Assembly (NCBI GenBank): GCA_945889005.1
Contig: CAMDBI010000015.1
Location: forward strand, 6,961-70,960
Length of the DNA: 64,000 bases
DNA from: Bacteroides fragilis
GTDB lineage: Bacteria > Bacteroidota > Bacteroidia > Bacteroidales > DTGW01
Reading direction: 5' to 3'
Part shown: positions 1-9,691 of the stretch, in pieces
Position numbering within the stretch: the first letter of the stretch is position 1
How the letters are laid out: each line of letters opens with the position of its first letter
Translations under genes and position numbers: made by a program
Notes under the pieces: model-generated
What the model was told of the DNA's origin: nothing
The model's database searches: none
Seen by the model: the letters and a program-made list of their open reading frames with translations, nothing else

Positions 1-3000
1 TCGCCTTTGGCATACATAGGAATCGGGGCTCCTACAGAATCATGTAAAATATTACCTTCATTGTCTTTCTGATATACAATTTGACCTCTTTTCCTAATTA
101 TCTTTTTTGCTGGACTAAGCGATTGGTTTCTTGCAATATTGTTTATCAGAATACAGTCTTCAATTTCTTTAATATGGGTAATATTGAATGATTGATATGG
201 TTTATCGTGAAACTGCTTTTCTTTTTCATAACCCAGTTTAAAACGCTCAAAATGTTCGTAATTTTTCCGAAGCGTTTCTTCTCTGTTTTTTGAATATGGA
301 ATCAATGTTAATACAGCTGCATCAATGGCATGATGAGAATGTTTGCTTCTGTCTTTTTTCTCATCTTTTGGTTGTATTCCATATATCTTCCTGAATTCAG
401 AGGTATGCGTACCTTTCTGTAATTCAACTTTGTCAAATGCAGATTTGAGAAAGTGAAATGCATATTTCGAAATAAGTTGAGTGTCGGTTAACTGGCTATT
501 TTTAAAACCTGTAGTAATCTCGGTCATTGTGAACCGGTTCAATTTGTTTTGCCAATAATCAAGTTCCATTTGCCAAAGGTGTCTTTGCTTTATAGCATCA
601 TCTTTAAAATCTTTAGTAGTTGCCGATTTTGATTTTCCTTTCCAAAACTCAATGTTATGTTTTAAATGCTCAACCTTTTCTTCCCATTCCTTCAATCGGG
701 GTTTTATTGCCAAATATGTTTCTCCGTCAATTGTTGCATCTTTATCATAATTAGGCAATTGTGCCGGTATTTGATTTTTCTTTACATACCGATTGTATCT
801 TGCAAAGCAAACCGTAAGGTTTTCTAAAGAATTATCCATTGAAATACTACGAGGAATAGTATGTTCAAAATCAACCCTATTTTCGTCAAATAAATCACTA
901 AATGAAATCGGACGACCAGTGTACATACATGTACATTTTTGTTCTTTCCATAGTCTATATTTATCTATAACAGATTTGGCTTGTGCCAAATTGGTAAAGA
1001 GTTCTGAAGACTGGTTCGTCCATTTATTTTGGCCGTATTCGCCTTTGCCTTTATTTAATTGAGATTGTTTTACCTGTTCGTACCACAAGCGAACTTTATC
1101 AATATCATCATTGCTATCTGCATTGGCAACTATATTAGTGTTGTCTTGTAAAAGCCCCCTAATTGCATCGGCAAATTCATTATTTTCTGCTTGTCGTTGT
1201 CTTTGATAGGTTTCTATAGCCCAACGTTTATTGGCATCATTGAGTTCTCGAGATAGTTCCACTACAATTCGTGTTTCTTCGTCTACTTGCCCTGTTTTTA
1301 TCAAATAATTTATTTGATTGCGCAATATATAAAGAGTGCGCATTGCCATTGGGTTTTTAAAAGCTCCTGTTTTAGGACTTCTTAAATAGTATTTACCATC
1401 TTCACTTTGTTTCGATGAGGGGTAAATATCAATCATTGACGGATGATAAAGCTTGTCTAACTGTATATCCGTTAATTGAGAAAATTGGTTTTTTAAAAAG
1501 TCTTTTAAAGAATCGACAACCCTTGGTAATTTGACATATTCACGTGTGTCGCTAAAAAAGAAATTTTGGTATAATTCAATAACTTTTGTTTTAACAATTT
1601 GCCTTTTATCATCTGAAATCTTTTCCCACGTATGCTCTCCAAAAGATTCTTTTATAGCATTTAAAACGTCTTTTATATCTGAATCATTGAGATTATAAGA
1701 GGTGTCTTTATAACCAAAACGATTTTCATAAGGTAACGATTTGTACTTGGAAATTAAATTGTTTACAATATTAAAAATATTCTTTTTATCCCTATTCACT
1801 GTAATTATACCTTTTAATGAAGAGGTTATCATTTCCTCGTTTTCATCAAATAATTTATTGCCAATAATATCGGGAATATTTGATATTAGGACTGCTTCGG
1901 TATAAATGTAGCCTTTTAAAAGAAATCGATTAATTTTTTGTATAGCATTAATACTCAACATTGAATAACCATCTGGTAAAGCTTTCCATGCACCAACAAA
2001 TTTCTTTGCTTTTTCATCGGCTAATTTTAGTTTTTCTATGGCAAATTCCTTTACAGACTCATCATCGTCAAACGAAAATAATACATGCCAAATGTCGTCT
2101 AGTGTATAATAGTCTTTTTTCGACTTACTGTCTTTTCTAATTTCCTTAGGCAGTCTGATGTTTACCCAATTTTCACCAAATATATCGCAAAGTCTTGCCG
2201 ATATTGGACAAGCTGAAATATGAGTTTTGTCTTTATAATTCAATTCCCAATTATGCCCTTTCTTTTTTACAAATTCAGATATTTCGGAAAAAAGAAAATC
2301 GGGCTTTTGCCTGCCAATAAACTTCTCACTGTAAAGTTCTTGCCTTAGCTCAATAGGTATTTGCGCCCATTTGGCGTTAGGTACACCAATTTGTCGGTAT
2401 TCAATATTATTGATGAAACTCCAAGCCCGAAACGTTTCAAATGCTGGATGACTTATAGGTGAACGAGATTTATTCTTTTCCAAGGTGCAATTTCCTACCA
2501 AACCTTTTTGCGAGCGCAAAGGACGTTGATAAAAAATGGCTCCGTTATACTTATTCTTACTCTTTTCAACAAGAGCTTTATAAAAATCTGTATCTAAACC
2601 AATTCCTTGATATTCAAAAATCTTGTTTATTTCATCACGATAATGCTTTCTAAACGTATGCTGAATCCATTCGAGACGCACTCTTTCGCCTTGGCTTTCT
2701 ATGTAACCTAAGGCTGCTCCAACAGTTGGAAAGTCAGCTAAAGTTTTCCCAAACTTTTGATTAAGGCTATTAGAAAACTCGTTGTCTTTCTTAACCTCTG
2801 ATTTTGCATCTTTTCTTTCGCCTTGCTCATCAGGTACAGCATCTTTTCTGCTGCTTTTAAAGCCACGTCTTTGTGCTATATGATATAATGCTCTACCTAT
2901 TTTGAATTTATTTTCAGGATTATTTAGGTCAAGTTTTTGGTCGACCAATAATGCCCGGATTTCATAGGGACTTCTATAATCAGGCTTTCCATCATTGTTA

Positions 3001-3353
3001 AAATCAAGTTTAATCCAATTTTCAAAAACTTCAATATGAGGATATATTCGCTTGTTTACTTTATCGTATTTTCTCCAATTATTGAGCTGGTCCATTGTCA
3101 TTGGGCAATAACCGTTCGAAATAAGAACCTCTAATGTTTCCCATAAGCGGTATTTTCTGGCCTGATACAATCTTCGAACTGAACGCTTTTGAGTTCGTTT
3201 TGCTGCATATGAGTATTCTACACCTTTTTCGCTACCAACACCCTTTTCAAAAATTGCAACGCCATATTTTTCAATCTGGTTCTCATTTAAATCGTGGTTT
3301 CTTATTGCCCATCCAATAGAATTGGTTCCTAAATCGAGTCCTAAAGTTTTCAT
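1..3353 (-). CDS. cas9: CRISPR-associated endonuclease Cas9, type II-C-like (3' end outside window)
   Basis: Hand translation from ATG at 3353: RuvC-I MKTLGLDLGTNSIGWA, Arg-rich bridge helix (KRTQKRSVRRLYQARKYR), HIAQRRGF, FYQRPL, HNH motif DFEHTIPRSISMDNSLENLTVC (about 800-870) and RuvC-III SHHAIDA (about 320-340). Spot checks put these in one frame. Missing from the ORF track because it runs off the edge. Confidence 0.97.
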   Translation of the reverse strand, partial: MKTLGLDLGTNSIGWAIRNHDLNENQIEKYGVAIFEKGVGSEKGVEYSYAAKRTQKRSVRRLYQARKYRLWETLEVLISNGYCPMTMDQLNNWRKYDKVNKRIYPHIEVFENWIKLDFNNDGKPDYRSPYEIRALLVDQKLDLNNPENKFKIGRALYHIAQRRGFKSSRKDAVPDEQGERKDAKSEVKKDNEFSNSLNQKFGKTLADFPTVGAALGYIESQGERVRLEWIQHTFRKHYRDEINKIFEYQGIGLDTDFYKALVEKSKNKYNGAIFYQRPLRSQKGLVGNCTLEKNKSRSPISHPAFETFRAWSFINNIEYRQIGVPNAKWAQIPIELRQELYSEKFIGRQKPDFLFSEISEFVKKKGHNWELNYKDKTHISACPISARLCDIFGENWVNIRLPKEIRKDSKSKKDYYTLDDIWHVLFSFDDDESVKEFAIEKLKLADEKAKKFVGAWKALPDGYSMLSINAIQKINRFLLKGYIYTEAVLISNIPDIIGNKLFDENEEMITSSLKGIITVNRDKKNIFNIVNNLISKYKSLPYENRFGYKDTSYNLNDSDIKDVLNAIKESFGEHTWEKISDDKRQIVKTKVIELYQNFFFSDTREYVKLPRVVDSLKDFLKNQFSQLTDIQLDKLYHPSMIDIYPSSKQSEDGKYYLRSPKTGAFKNPMAMRTLYILRNQINYLIKTGQVDEETRIVVELSRELNDANKRWAIETYQRQRQAENNEFADAIRGLLQDNTNIVANADSNDDIDKVRLWYEQVKQSQLNKGKGEYGQNKWTNQSSELFTNLAQAKSVIDKYRLWKEQKCTCMYTGRPISFSDLFDENRVDFEHTIPRSISMDNSLENLTVCFARYNRYVKKNQIPAQLPNYDKDATIDGETYLAIKPRLKEWEEKVEHLKHNIEFWKGKSKSATTKDFKDDAIKQRHLWQMELDYWQNKLNRFTMTEITTGFKNSQLTDTQLISKYAFHFLKSAFDKVELQKGTHTSEFRKIYGIQPKDEKKDRSKHSHHAIDAAVLTLIPYSKNREETLRKNYEHFERFKLGYEKEKQFHDKPYQSFNITHIKEIEDCILINNIARNQSLSPAKKIIRKRGQIVYQKDNEGNILHDSVGAPIPMYAKG

Positions 3354-3392
3354 AATTTTTGTTTATTCAAAGATTTTATCTATTTTTACATT

Positions 3393-3472
3393 CATACAAA
3401 TTGAAAGACTTTTCACAATAAGGCTATAAGCCGAAGAAAATCTCAGCCCTGCGTTTCGTGGGGCTTTTTTTT
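3393..3472 (+). ncRNA. Putative tracrRNA
   Basis: Divergent from cas9. Anti-repeat-like ATACAAATTGAAAGACTTTTCACAAT, then AAGGCTATAAGCCG (small nexus-like hairpin), then hairpin AGCCCTGCG-TTT-CGTGGGGCT plus T run. Ends are approximate. Confidence 0.8.
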
Positions 3473-3491
3473 GATATTTTTTTGATAAAGA

Positions 3492-4040
3492 TCAACATTC
3501 TTTTAATGGATTTCTTTTACTCCCCATATAATATTTTTCAAATACATCGTCCATTTCTCCCGGAAATCCATAACCGCATGGTTCGGCATATTTGAGGCAG
3601 TCTTCGCATCGCAACTTAAAATCGTTTAACAGTCCATTTTTTTTCATGTATTTCAATGCACGTTCGAAATTATTTACTGTACTGTTATAAAATTGCTCAC
3701 TCATATCGCCATAGTCGAATGTAAATTTACATGCCATTTCAGAAAAAGTAATCATTAGATCAGCAACGAGTTTTGGCGATGGTTTGTATGATGAAAATTC
3801 TGTAATTGCTTTTTTTACTACAATAAAGCGGGTTTTGGGTTCAGTATATTTCCCTTTTGGGTAAAATTCGTTGATTATTATATTTTTATACTTTTCAAAA
3901 AGCTCATTCTCATTAGGGTTTAAGTAGAATATATAAAAATCTTTAACCGGTTTTATAGATTCGTAGAGATCTAGTATTTGCTCAATTATCTGTTCTTTAG
4001 TGAGCGTTTGTAAATGTTTCTTCAATTGTATTTTTGACAT
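3492..4040 (-). CDS. DUF6155-like helical hypothetical protein
   Basis: ORF; MSKIQLKKHLQTLTKEQIIEQILDLY N-terminus resembles this Bacteroidota family; start moved to ATG 4040. Confidence 0.65.
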   Translation of the reverse strand: MSKIQLKKHLQTLTKEQIIEQILDLYESIKPVKDFYIFYLNPNENELFEKYKNIIINEFYPKGKYTEPKTRFIVVKKAITEFSSYKPSPKLVADLMITFSEMACKFTFDYGDMSEQFYNSTVNNFERALKYMKKNGLLNDFKLRCEDCLKYAEPCGYGFPGEMDDVFEKYYMGSKRNPLKEC

Positions 4041-4306
4041 ATTCACAAATTTTCTCCAAAATACAAAATTATTTGAATCAATAATTCGTTTCTTCAATTA
4101 TTAATTCATCAAATTGCCTTTAGTATTGTAATAACAACAATATTTGTGAGCTCATTTTATTTTCATTTTAAAAAATTGAAATAAGTAATGACTATCAACA
4201 TATTATAACCAGGCAACAAGATACCAAAATACATATTTCGTTGCTTTCAGAATAACAAACACCTGAAAATTATCTTTGGCAATAATGGTAATTACCTAAC
4301 GGGGAA

Positions 4307-4456
4307 ATGATACAACAATTGACATCGATCAAACCTTTGATACAAACAAAAGTCGACAAGAGCAAACATGGTCGTGTAATGGGGTTTTACACTCTAGTAT
4401 TTATGGGGACTGCACTATTTGTAAGTATTTTGATAAGGCCTTGCTGCCAAGCATAG
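4307..4456 (+). pseudogene. Remnant of an MFS transporter C-terminal half
   Basis: Translates as LIQTKVDKSKHGRVMGFYTLVFMGTALF, matching the MFS loop motif QxxVxxxxRGRVMxxY; no full ORF. Confidence 0.6.
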
Positions 4457-4668
4457 GTGCCTTGCAACGTTTACGATTGGCGTAATTGCCCGTATTGAAA
4501 TATTAATGCTTTGATCTATTGGAGAAAGTTATTAAAAATAATTAGATTGATTTATAAGCAAACAATCTGCTTGAACTAAACAAAAAAACACCTAATTAAT
4601 TTTATATAAATCAATTAGTGTTATTTTTTGATAAAAGTAAAAGTGTGAGTGATAAAAACAATCTTAAC

Positions 4669-5568
4669 TTATCGATACTTCAAAGAATGGTTGAAAAGCC
4701 ATGTCATTAGGTATTGATCTGTATAACAAGGACCCGGAATATGCCCCATATTTGCATATTCACTATATTTAAACATCGGAAATCCAGAACGGGTAAGTGT
4801 TACTGTAGTTCTTGCATATCCAGTATTGATGTCTGAGGAACTTGTTTCAATGGCTGCACTATTACATTCATAGTTCCGCATGTAATTTAAAGCTTCGCGA
4901 GCAACACCTACTCTAGTTTCTGAATCAGAAAGTCCTATATGATACCATACAGCTGTATGCCTCGCAATTTCGTTTCCCAAATCTGGTTGACTTTGTCCAG
5001 CAACACGAATTATGGCAGCAAAATAATTTTTTTCTACAAACATACCCTTTGCCAAAGGGTAACTACCCGATCCCCCCATCGAAAAACCTGTAAGGTAAAT
5101 ACGACTTAAATCTATCCGATATCCTGCTTCTATTGCGCTTTTGATCCAACGGCCCAATACTTGACCATCAGATTCTGTATTTTTTTGGTAATTGATAACA
5201 AATGCTGGGTAATGCTGAGCTACAGCTTTATAATAATTTTCCCCCTCACCCCACAGGCCAACAACTAGCAAAGGGTAATGTCTTGAAGCGTTACCTGCTT
5301 TTTTATATCCCCAAGGACTCTGAAAGCTTAAATTTTCATGTATATGATTAACAGGTGCATCAGAATTTACAAATGTCTCATCCGGATTTAAATCGACTAA
5401 ACTATCGAGCATTTTGCCATTTTTATTGAGCAGCGGCACTGTGTCTGTTTGTCCGTTTCGGTTTACAAAGTCACTATCCAAAATGGTGCTTTGTCCGTGT
5501 TTGGTAATGCCCTGTGAATATGCTGAAATGGCACAAATCGTTGCGATGATTAATAATAATTGCCTCAT
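4669..5568 (-). CDS. Secreted alpha/beta-hydrolase (esterase/peptidase-like)
   Basis: Signal peptide; RIYLTGFSMGG nucleophile elbow; late Asp and His (SD..., MGH). Confidence 0.75.
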   Translation of the reverse strand: MRQLLLIIATICAISAYSQGITKHGQSTILDSDFVNRNGQTDTVPLLNKNGKMLDSLVDLNPDETFVNSDAPVNHIHENLSFQSPWGYKKAGNASRHYPLLVVGLWGEGENYYKAVAQHYPAFVINYQKNTESDGQVLGRWIKSAIEAGYRIDLSRIYLTGFSMGGSGSYPLAKGMFVEKNYFAAIIRVAGQSQPDLGNEIARHTAVWYHIGLSDSETRVGVAREALNYMRNYECNSAAIETSSSDINTGYARTTVTLTRSGFPMFKYSEYANMGHIPGPCYTDQYLMTWLFNHSLKYR

Positions 5569-5582
5569 GTAAAGAGCTGTAT

Positions 5583-6716
5583 TTAGTAGTAATAATCGAA
5601 CTGTACACGATCGCCTGTACTCAGGGAGTAAGTTCCATTGTTGGCAGGAATGTAAGTAAGTATAGTTCCAGTAACACTATAAGCTGAGTTGCTAATGCGT
5701 ATACCATTTATAAACATTTTCACCTTACTGTTAGCAGCTGGTGTTTGTGTAAGTGTAAACGTGGTTTGGTCAATAACAGAAGTAAATTCGTTTGATACCT
5801 CGCGTACCAATATCTGTGTTGGTATAGTTGGTTTATTAAATATTTGTGCATCACCATTTGTGGCATTCCAATCGGCATTTACGTTTACTTCAGCACCGAT
5901 GGCAATGCCTCCAAGCTTTGCTTTATCTGCTGTTGTATAATCTTCTGTAGATAAGGCTTTTCCGTAAATTTTATCTACTTTTGTAGTCAAATCATTTGTA
6001 AGTGCAGTTTTGGTAGCTTTTAAGTCTAACTCATCTTTTATTTTGGTAGATGTCCATGTTTTGTTGGTTAAAGCTTGGGTATTATCAAAAAAATCTGCAG
6101 GGTTACCAGTTGGACCTTTGTCACCTAAAGGCCCCTTATCGCCAGTTAAACCTTTATCTCCTTGAACACCCTTGTCACCTTGAACACCTTTGTCACCTAC
6201 AGGCCCCTTATCGCCAGTTATACCTTTGTCGCCTTGTAAGCCAATATCGCCCTGAACTCCTTTATCGCCTTGAGGACCTTTATCACCCTGTATACCTTTA
6301 TCGCCCTGATTTCCAGAATATTTTGCATACAAAGCATACGGCACACTCAACAACTGGCTAATGCTAGTTATGCTATAACTTGTACCTCCTGTAGGGTCTA
6401 TTTCAATTTTTATAAAATACAGACCAGTAGCCCAATTAATGGAATCGAAACCAATCTGACCTCCAATTTCTATACTCACCAGCCCATTGGTGTTAGTGGT
6501 TGGAGCTTGAGTTTCGCTGTATACGGCTATACCGTCTGCTGAACCATGCAAAATACTTATACGCATACCTATTTTGCTCGATACAACCAATGTGTTGCTA
6601 CTATTACGCACTACTGCCTGAAAACTCATCTTTTGGGGTGCTTGAGCCCAAAGATACATTTGTGTAAAGGCACAAATTATAAGTGCTAATAACGATTTAA
6701 AGAATACATTTTTCAA
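5583..6716 (-). CDS. Secreted collagen-like fibre protein
   Basis: Signal peptide, AQAPQKMSFQAVVRN N-domain ending SVPYALYA, 24 Gly-X-Y triplets, fibre-like motifs, C-terminal beta domain; TTG start. Confidence 0.8.
   Translation of the reverse strand: MKNVFFKSLLALIICAFTQMYLWAQAPQKMSFQAVVRNSSNTLVVSSKIGMRISILHGSADGIAVYSETQAPTTNTNGLVSIEIGGQIGFDSINWATGLYFIKIEIDPTGGTSYSITSISQLLSVPYALYAKYSGNQGDKGIQGDKGPQGDKGVQGDIGLQGDKGITGDKGPVGDKGVQGDKGVQGDKGLTGDKGPLGDKGPTGNPADFFDNTQALTNKTWTSTKIKDELDLKATKTALTNDLTTKVDKIYGKALSTEDYTTADKAKLGGIAIGAEVNVNADWNATNGDAQIFNKPTIPTQILVREVSNEFTSVIDQTTFTLTQTPAANSKVKMFINGIRISNSAYSVTGTILTYIPANNGTYSLSTGDRVQFDYYY
6099..6314 (-). repeat. Collagen Gly-X-Y repeat (GDKGxx, 18-bp period)
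   Basis: 24 consecutive triplets from GNQ to GNP. Confidence 0.95.
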
Positions 6717-6872
6717 AGTAGGTTTATTTAATAGTTTTACATCATTGATAATTAAATGAACTTTTATTTCATTTATTTAATACAATTAATTTCTTACAAT
6801 ATTTTTGATTGCAAAATTAAAAAAACATTATCAAATTTTTGCACATATTAATTCCGAAATTTAAACTATATT

Positions 6873-7481
6873 TTATTTATGTCTTTCTTCCAAAACCTTT
6901 ACGACATCTGCTATTGAATATTTTTTCTCGGTGAGCAATACAATCAAATGATACATTAGATCGGCTGCTTCGTTGAGAAATAAGTCGTCGTTATTGTCTT
7001 TAGCTTCAATAACAAGCTCTACGGCTTCTTCGCCAACTTTTTGGGCAATTTTATTGATCCCTTTTTGGAAAAGTTTTGTTGTATACGAACCTTCGGGCAT
7101 ATCTACTTTTCGTTTGTCGATCAGGTTCTGAAGGGTCATTAGAAACTCAATATTTTGGTTTTGATTTATTTCTTCGAAACAAGTATCGGCTCCTGTATGG
7201 CACACAACCCCTTTGGGGCGGGCTTTAATAAGTAAAGTATCCTTGTCGCAATCTAATAATATATCGATAACTTCCAAAAAGTTGCCACTCTCCTCGCCTT
7301 TGGTCCACAAGCGGTTTTTGGTACGGCTAAAAAAAGTAACCAATTTTCCCGAAACAGTTTTTTCATAAGCTTCTTGGTTCATAAAACCAAGCATAAGAAC
7401 TTTATTGGTTTTAAAATCCTGAATTACAGCCGGAACCAATCCGTTTAATTTTTCGAAATCAATTTTTTCTATTTGTATCAT
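6873..7481 (-). CDS. hisIE: Bifunctional phosphoribosyl-AMP cyclohydrolase / phosphoribosyl-ATP pyrophosphatase
   Basis: FFSRTKNRLWTKGEESGN, DCDKD, CHTG, KVGEEAVE. Confidence 0.97.
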   Translation of the reverse strand: MIQIEKIDFEKLNGLVPAVIQDFKTNKVLMLGFMNQEAYEKTVSGKLVTFFSRTKNRLWTKGEESGNFLEVIDILLDCDKDTLLIKARPKGVVCHTGADTCFEEINQNQNIEFLMTLQNLIDKRKVDMPEGSYTTKLFQKGINKIAQKVGEEAVELVIEAKDNNDDLFLNEAADLMYHLIVLLTEKKYSIADVVKVLEERHK

Positions 7482-7482
7482 T

Positions 7483-8700
7483 TTATTTATTTCTCTTAAT
7501 GAACAACGCTACTAACTTATTGTCGGTTTCAAATGCCCTATTCAAAGCTCTTGCAGCAACCAGCACAATGAGGGGTACAAAGGTAATACTTATTTTCTGA
7601 GGCAAAAAAGGCATTGAGAGTAAAAATAATATTGCCAGTGATGCTACTATAGAAAAATAATATTTTGAAATTTTTTTGTTCAACACCCACAAAAAGTAAA
7701 AAGCGTTGAAAGGCAAAGCCCATAGTAAATTTAAGTTTTGATCGCAAGCAATATGCTCAGAAACAAACCACATAAAACCAATTAAAACACCTACTAAACC
7801 CAAAATTGTGAAAAAGATTCCATCTGCCCAAAATGCAATTTTTTGAGAAATTGGAAAAGCCAAAATCATCAAAAAAGCAATGATGATAAATAGTACAAAC
7901 GGAGTAAACCATGGACGATGCAATTTTTTCTGATCAAGATCAAACACCAAATTGTCGGAACTTACAAGACGGGTCGAGTCTGTTCTGTATATAGCATTAA
8001 AAGAGCCGTGCATATAATCGGGCAAATACATACCATAGTAAAACCCGGCATTGTCGTCGGCTTTCATTCCTAGCATGAGATCTATACCGGCCTGTATCCA
8101 TGGTTTGTCGTTTAAACTAATAATATTCAATTGTCTAAAACTTACAATCTCGTTGCTTTTTGCCGAATCGACAAAGTATTTATTGTCGATCGTACGGAGT
8201 ATCAAATCGCGAATACGAGTTGCGCAATTGTCAAACAGAAAATCGTATTTATAACTTCTGTTTTCGGGTTGAAAATTAAGTACTACGAGGTCAAATAGTT
8301 TTTTTCGCTCATTATACGAAAGATTTACAACCTGTTCAAACACTGGCCGTTCTTCGTATTGCATTTGAACAATAAACGATTCGAATGTTTCGGCAGCCAT
8401 AAGGTAATCGAGCTTTCCACGGGCAAATTTCATGTAGAAATTTGGAGTGTTGAAATTGAAAGTTCCCCAATTGAATACTATATCGACTTTGTTTGTCAAA
8501 TCTTTGATTCTCAATGCCGAATGCCCGTAGGCCGAGTACAATTCTTCACCAACACCTACAGTAAGTATGCTAAATTGCGCACTTTCGGAAATTGTTTGCG
8601 CTTCAACCCTTTCGAAAAATGAGAAAAGAAGAAATAGTAAAATAAATAAGTGCCTCGTGCTTCGTGCCTCGTGCTTCGTGCTTCGGACTTCGTTTTGCAT
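7483..8700 (-). CDS. DUF4105 / Lnb-like lipoprotein N-acyltransferase
   Basis: YGHSALR, FNWGTF and YDFLFDNCATR motifs plus several C-terminal TM helices. Confidence 0.75.
   Translation of the reverse strand: MQNEVRSTKHEARSTRHLFILLFLLFSFFERVEAQTISESAQFSILTVGVGEELYSAYGHSALRIKDLTNKVDIVFNWGTFNFNTPNFYMKFARGKLDYLMAAETFESFIVQMQYEERPVFEQVVNLSYNERKKLFDLVVLNFQPENRSYKYDFLFDNCATRIRDLILRTIDNKYFVDSAKSNEIVSFRQLNIISLNDKPWIQAGIDLMLGMKADDNAGFYYGMYLPDYMHGSFNAIYRTDSTRLVSSDNLVFDLDQKKLHRPWFTPFVLFIIIAFLMILAFPISQKIAFWADGIFFTILGLVGVLIGFMWFVSEHIACDQNLNLLWALPFNAFYFLWVLNKKISKYYFSIVASLAILFLLSMPFLPQKISITFVPLIVLVAARALNRAFETDNKLVALFIKRNK
8651..8692. repeat. 7-bp tandem repeat (C/T)TCGTGC
   Basis: TGCCTCGTGCTTCGTGCCTCGTGCTTCGTGCTTCGGACTTCG. 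Confidence 0.9.
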
Positions 8701-8727
8701 AATTCTAAACTTTTAACTTTTCAACTC

Positions 8728-9480
8728 TTATCGTACCGTTATATTTTTATTGCGCAAATATGCTTTCAAATCGGGAATAGCAATTTCTTTATAGTGAAAA
8801 ATACTAGCAGCCAGAGCGGCATCAGCCTTACCTTTGTTAAAAACATCGACAAAATGCTCCATTTTTCCTGCTCCTCCCGAAGCTATAATAGGTATATTGA
8901 GCGATTGCGAGAGCACCGAGAGTGCATCGTTTGAAAATCCTTGTTTTACGCCATCGTGGTTCATAGAAGTAAACAGTATTTCGCCAGCACCACGGTTTTC
9001 AGCTTCTTTAGCCCACGAAAACAATTCTTTGTCGGTAGCAACTCGTCCTCCGTTTACAAAAACAGACCATTTATTATCCTTAAACTGAGCATCGACAGCT
9101 ACCACAACAAACTGACTTCCGAAACCTTTCGCCAACTGATCGATAAGCGACGGATTCTTCACAGCAGCCGAATTGATCGATATCTTGTCGGCTCCGGCAC
9201 TCAAAAGTCTTTCGGCATCGGACATTTCGTTAATACCTCCCCCAACCGTAAAGGGTATACTTAGGTTTTGAGCTATGCGTTTTACCAAATCGGCAAACAA
9301 TTTGCGTTTTTCGTGCGAGGCTGTAATATCGAGGTATACCAACTCATCGGCACCCATTCGACTATATTCGGCACCAAGTTCTACAGGGTCGCCTACCGCT
9401 TTAATATCGAGAAAATTTATACCTTTTACTGTTTGCCCGTCTTTTATATCGAGACAAGGGATAATGCGTTTTGCTAACAT
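8728..9480 (-). CDS. hisF: Imidazole glycerol phosphate synthase cyclase subunit
   Basis: [24 protein letters not shown]; start corrected to ATG 9480. Confidence 0.97.
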   Translation of the reverse strand: MLAKRIIPCLDIKDGQTVKGINFLDIKAVGDPVELGAEYSRMGADELVYLDITASHEKRKLFADLVKRIAQNLSIPFTVGGGINEMSDAERLLSAGADKISINSAAVKNPSLIDQLAKGFGSQFVVVAVDAQFKDNKWSVFVNGGRVATDKELFSWAKEAENRGAGEILFTSMNHDGVKQGFSNDALSVLSQSLNIPIIASGGAGKMEHFVDVFNKGKADAALAASIFHYKEIAIPDLKAYLRNKNITVR

Positions 9481-9537
9481 AAAAAACAATTTAGTAATGT
9501 ACCAAACTACCAATTTACCAATTTAATGTTGGTCAAC

Positions 9538-9662
9538 TTACTTCTTGGATGATACAATTATACAACATACTTCCTATTTTCATCTAAAATCTCAACAAAA
9601 GCTATTAAATCAATTGCAAATTCAAAGGAGAGTTTTACTATTTGATTTTCATTTTGATTCAT
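9538..9662 (-). pseudogene. Internally deleted four-helix-bundle protein gene remnant
   Basis: MNQNENQIVKLSFEFAIDLIAFVEILDENRKYVV* (9662-9558) joined out of frame to IIVSSKK* (to 9538); these resemble the N- and C-termini of Bacteroidota four-helix-bundle proteins. Confidence 0.7.
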
Positions 9663-9691
9663 ACACTTACATTGGTATATGGGTACATTAT

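Noticed and set aside
793-3319. Three short plus-strand ORFs in the track
   Set aside because: Antisense shadows of cas9 with no recognisable motifs
3354-4668. CRISPR array next to cas9
   Set aside because: No repeat-spacer periodicity seen here or elsewhere in the window; only a single anti-repeat-like sequence. The array and cas1/cas2 probably lie beyond the left edge.
6099-6314. 18-bp periodic DNA as a CRISPR or VNTR element
   Set aside because: Explained by collagen GDKGxx coding repeats with synonymous variation
5583-6716. Prophage, suggested by tail-fibre-like motifs
   Set aside because: Protein has a signal peptide, and no integrase, capsid, terminase or other phage genes are nearby
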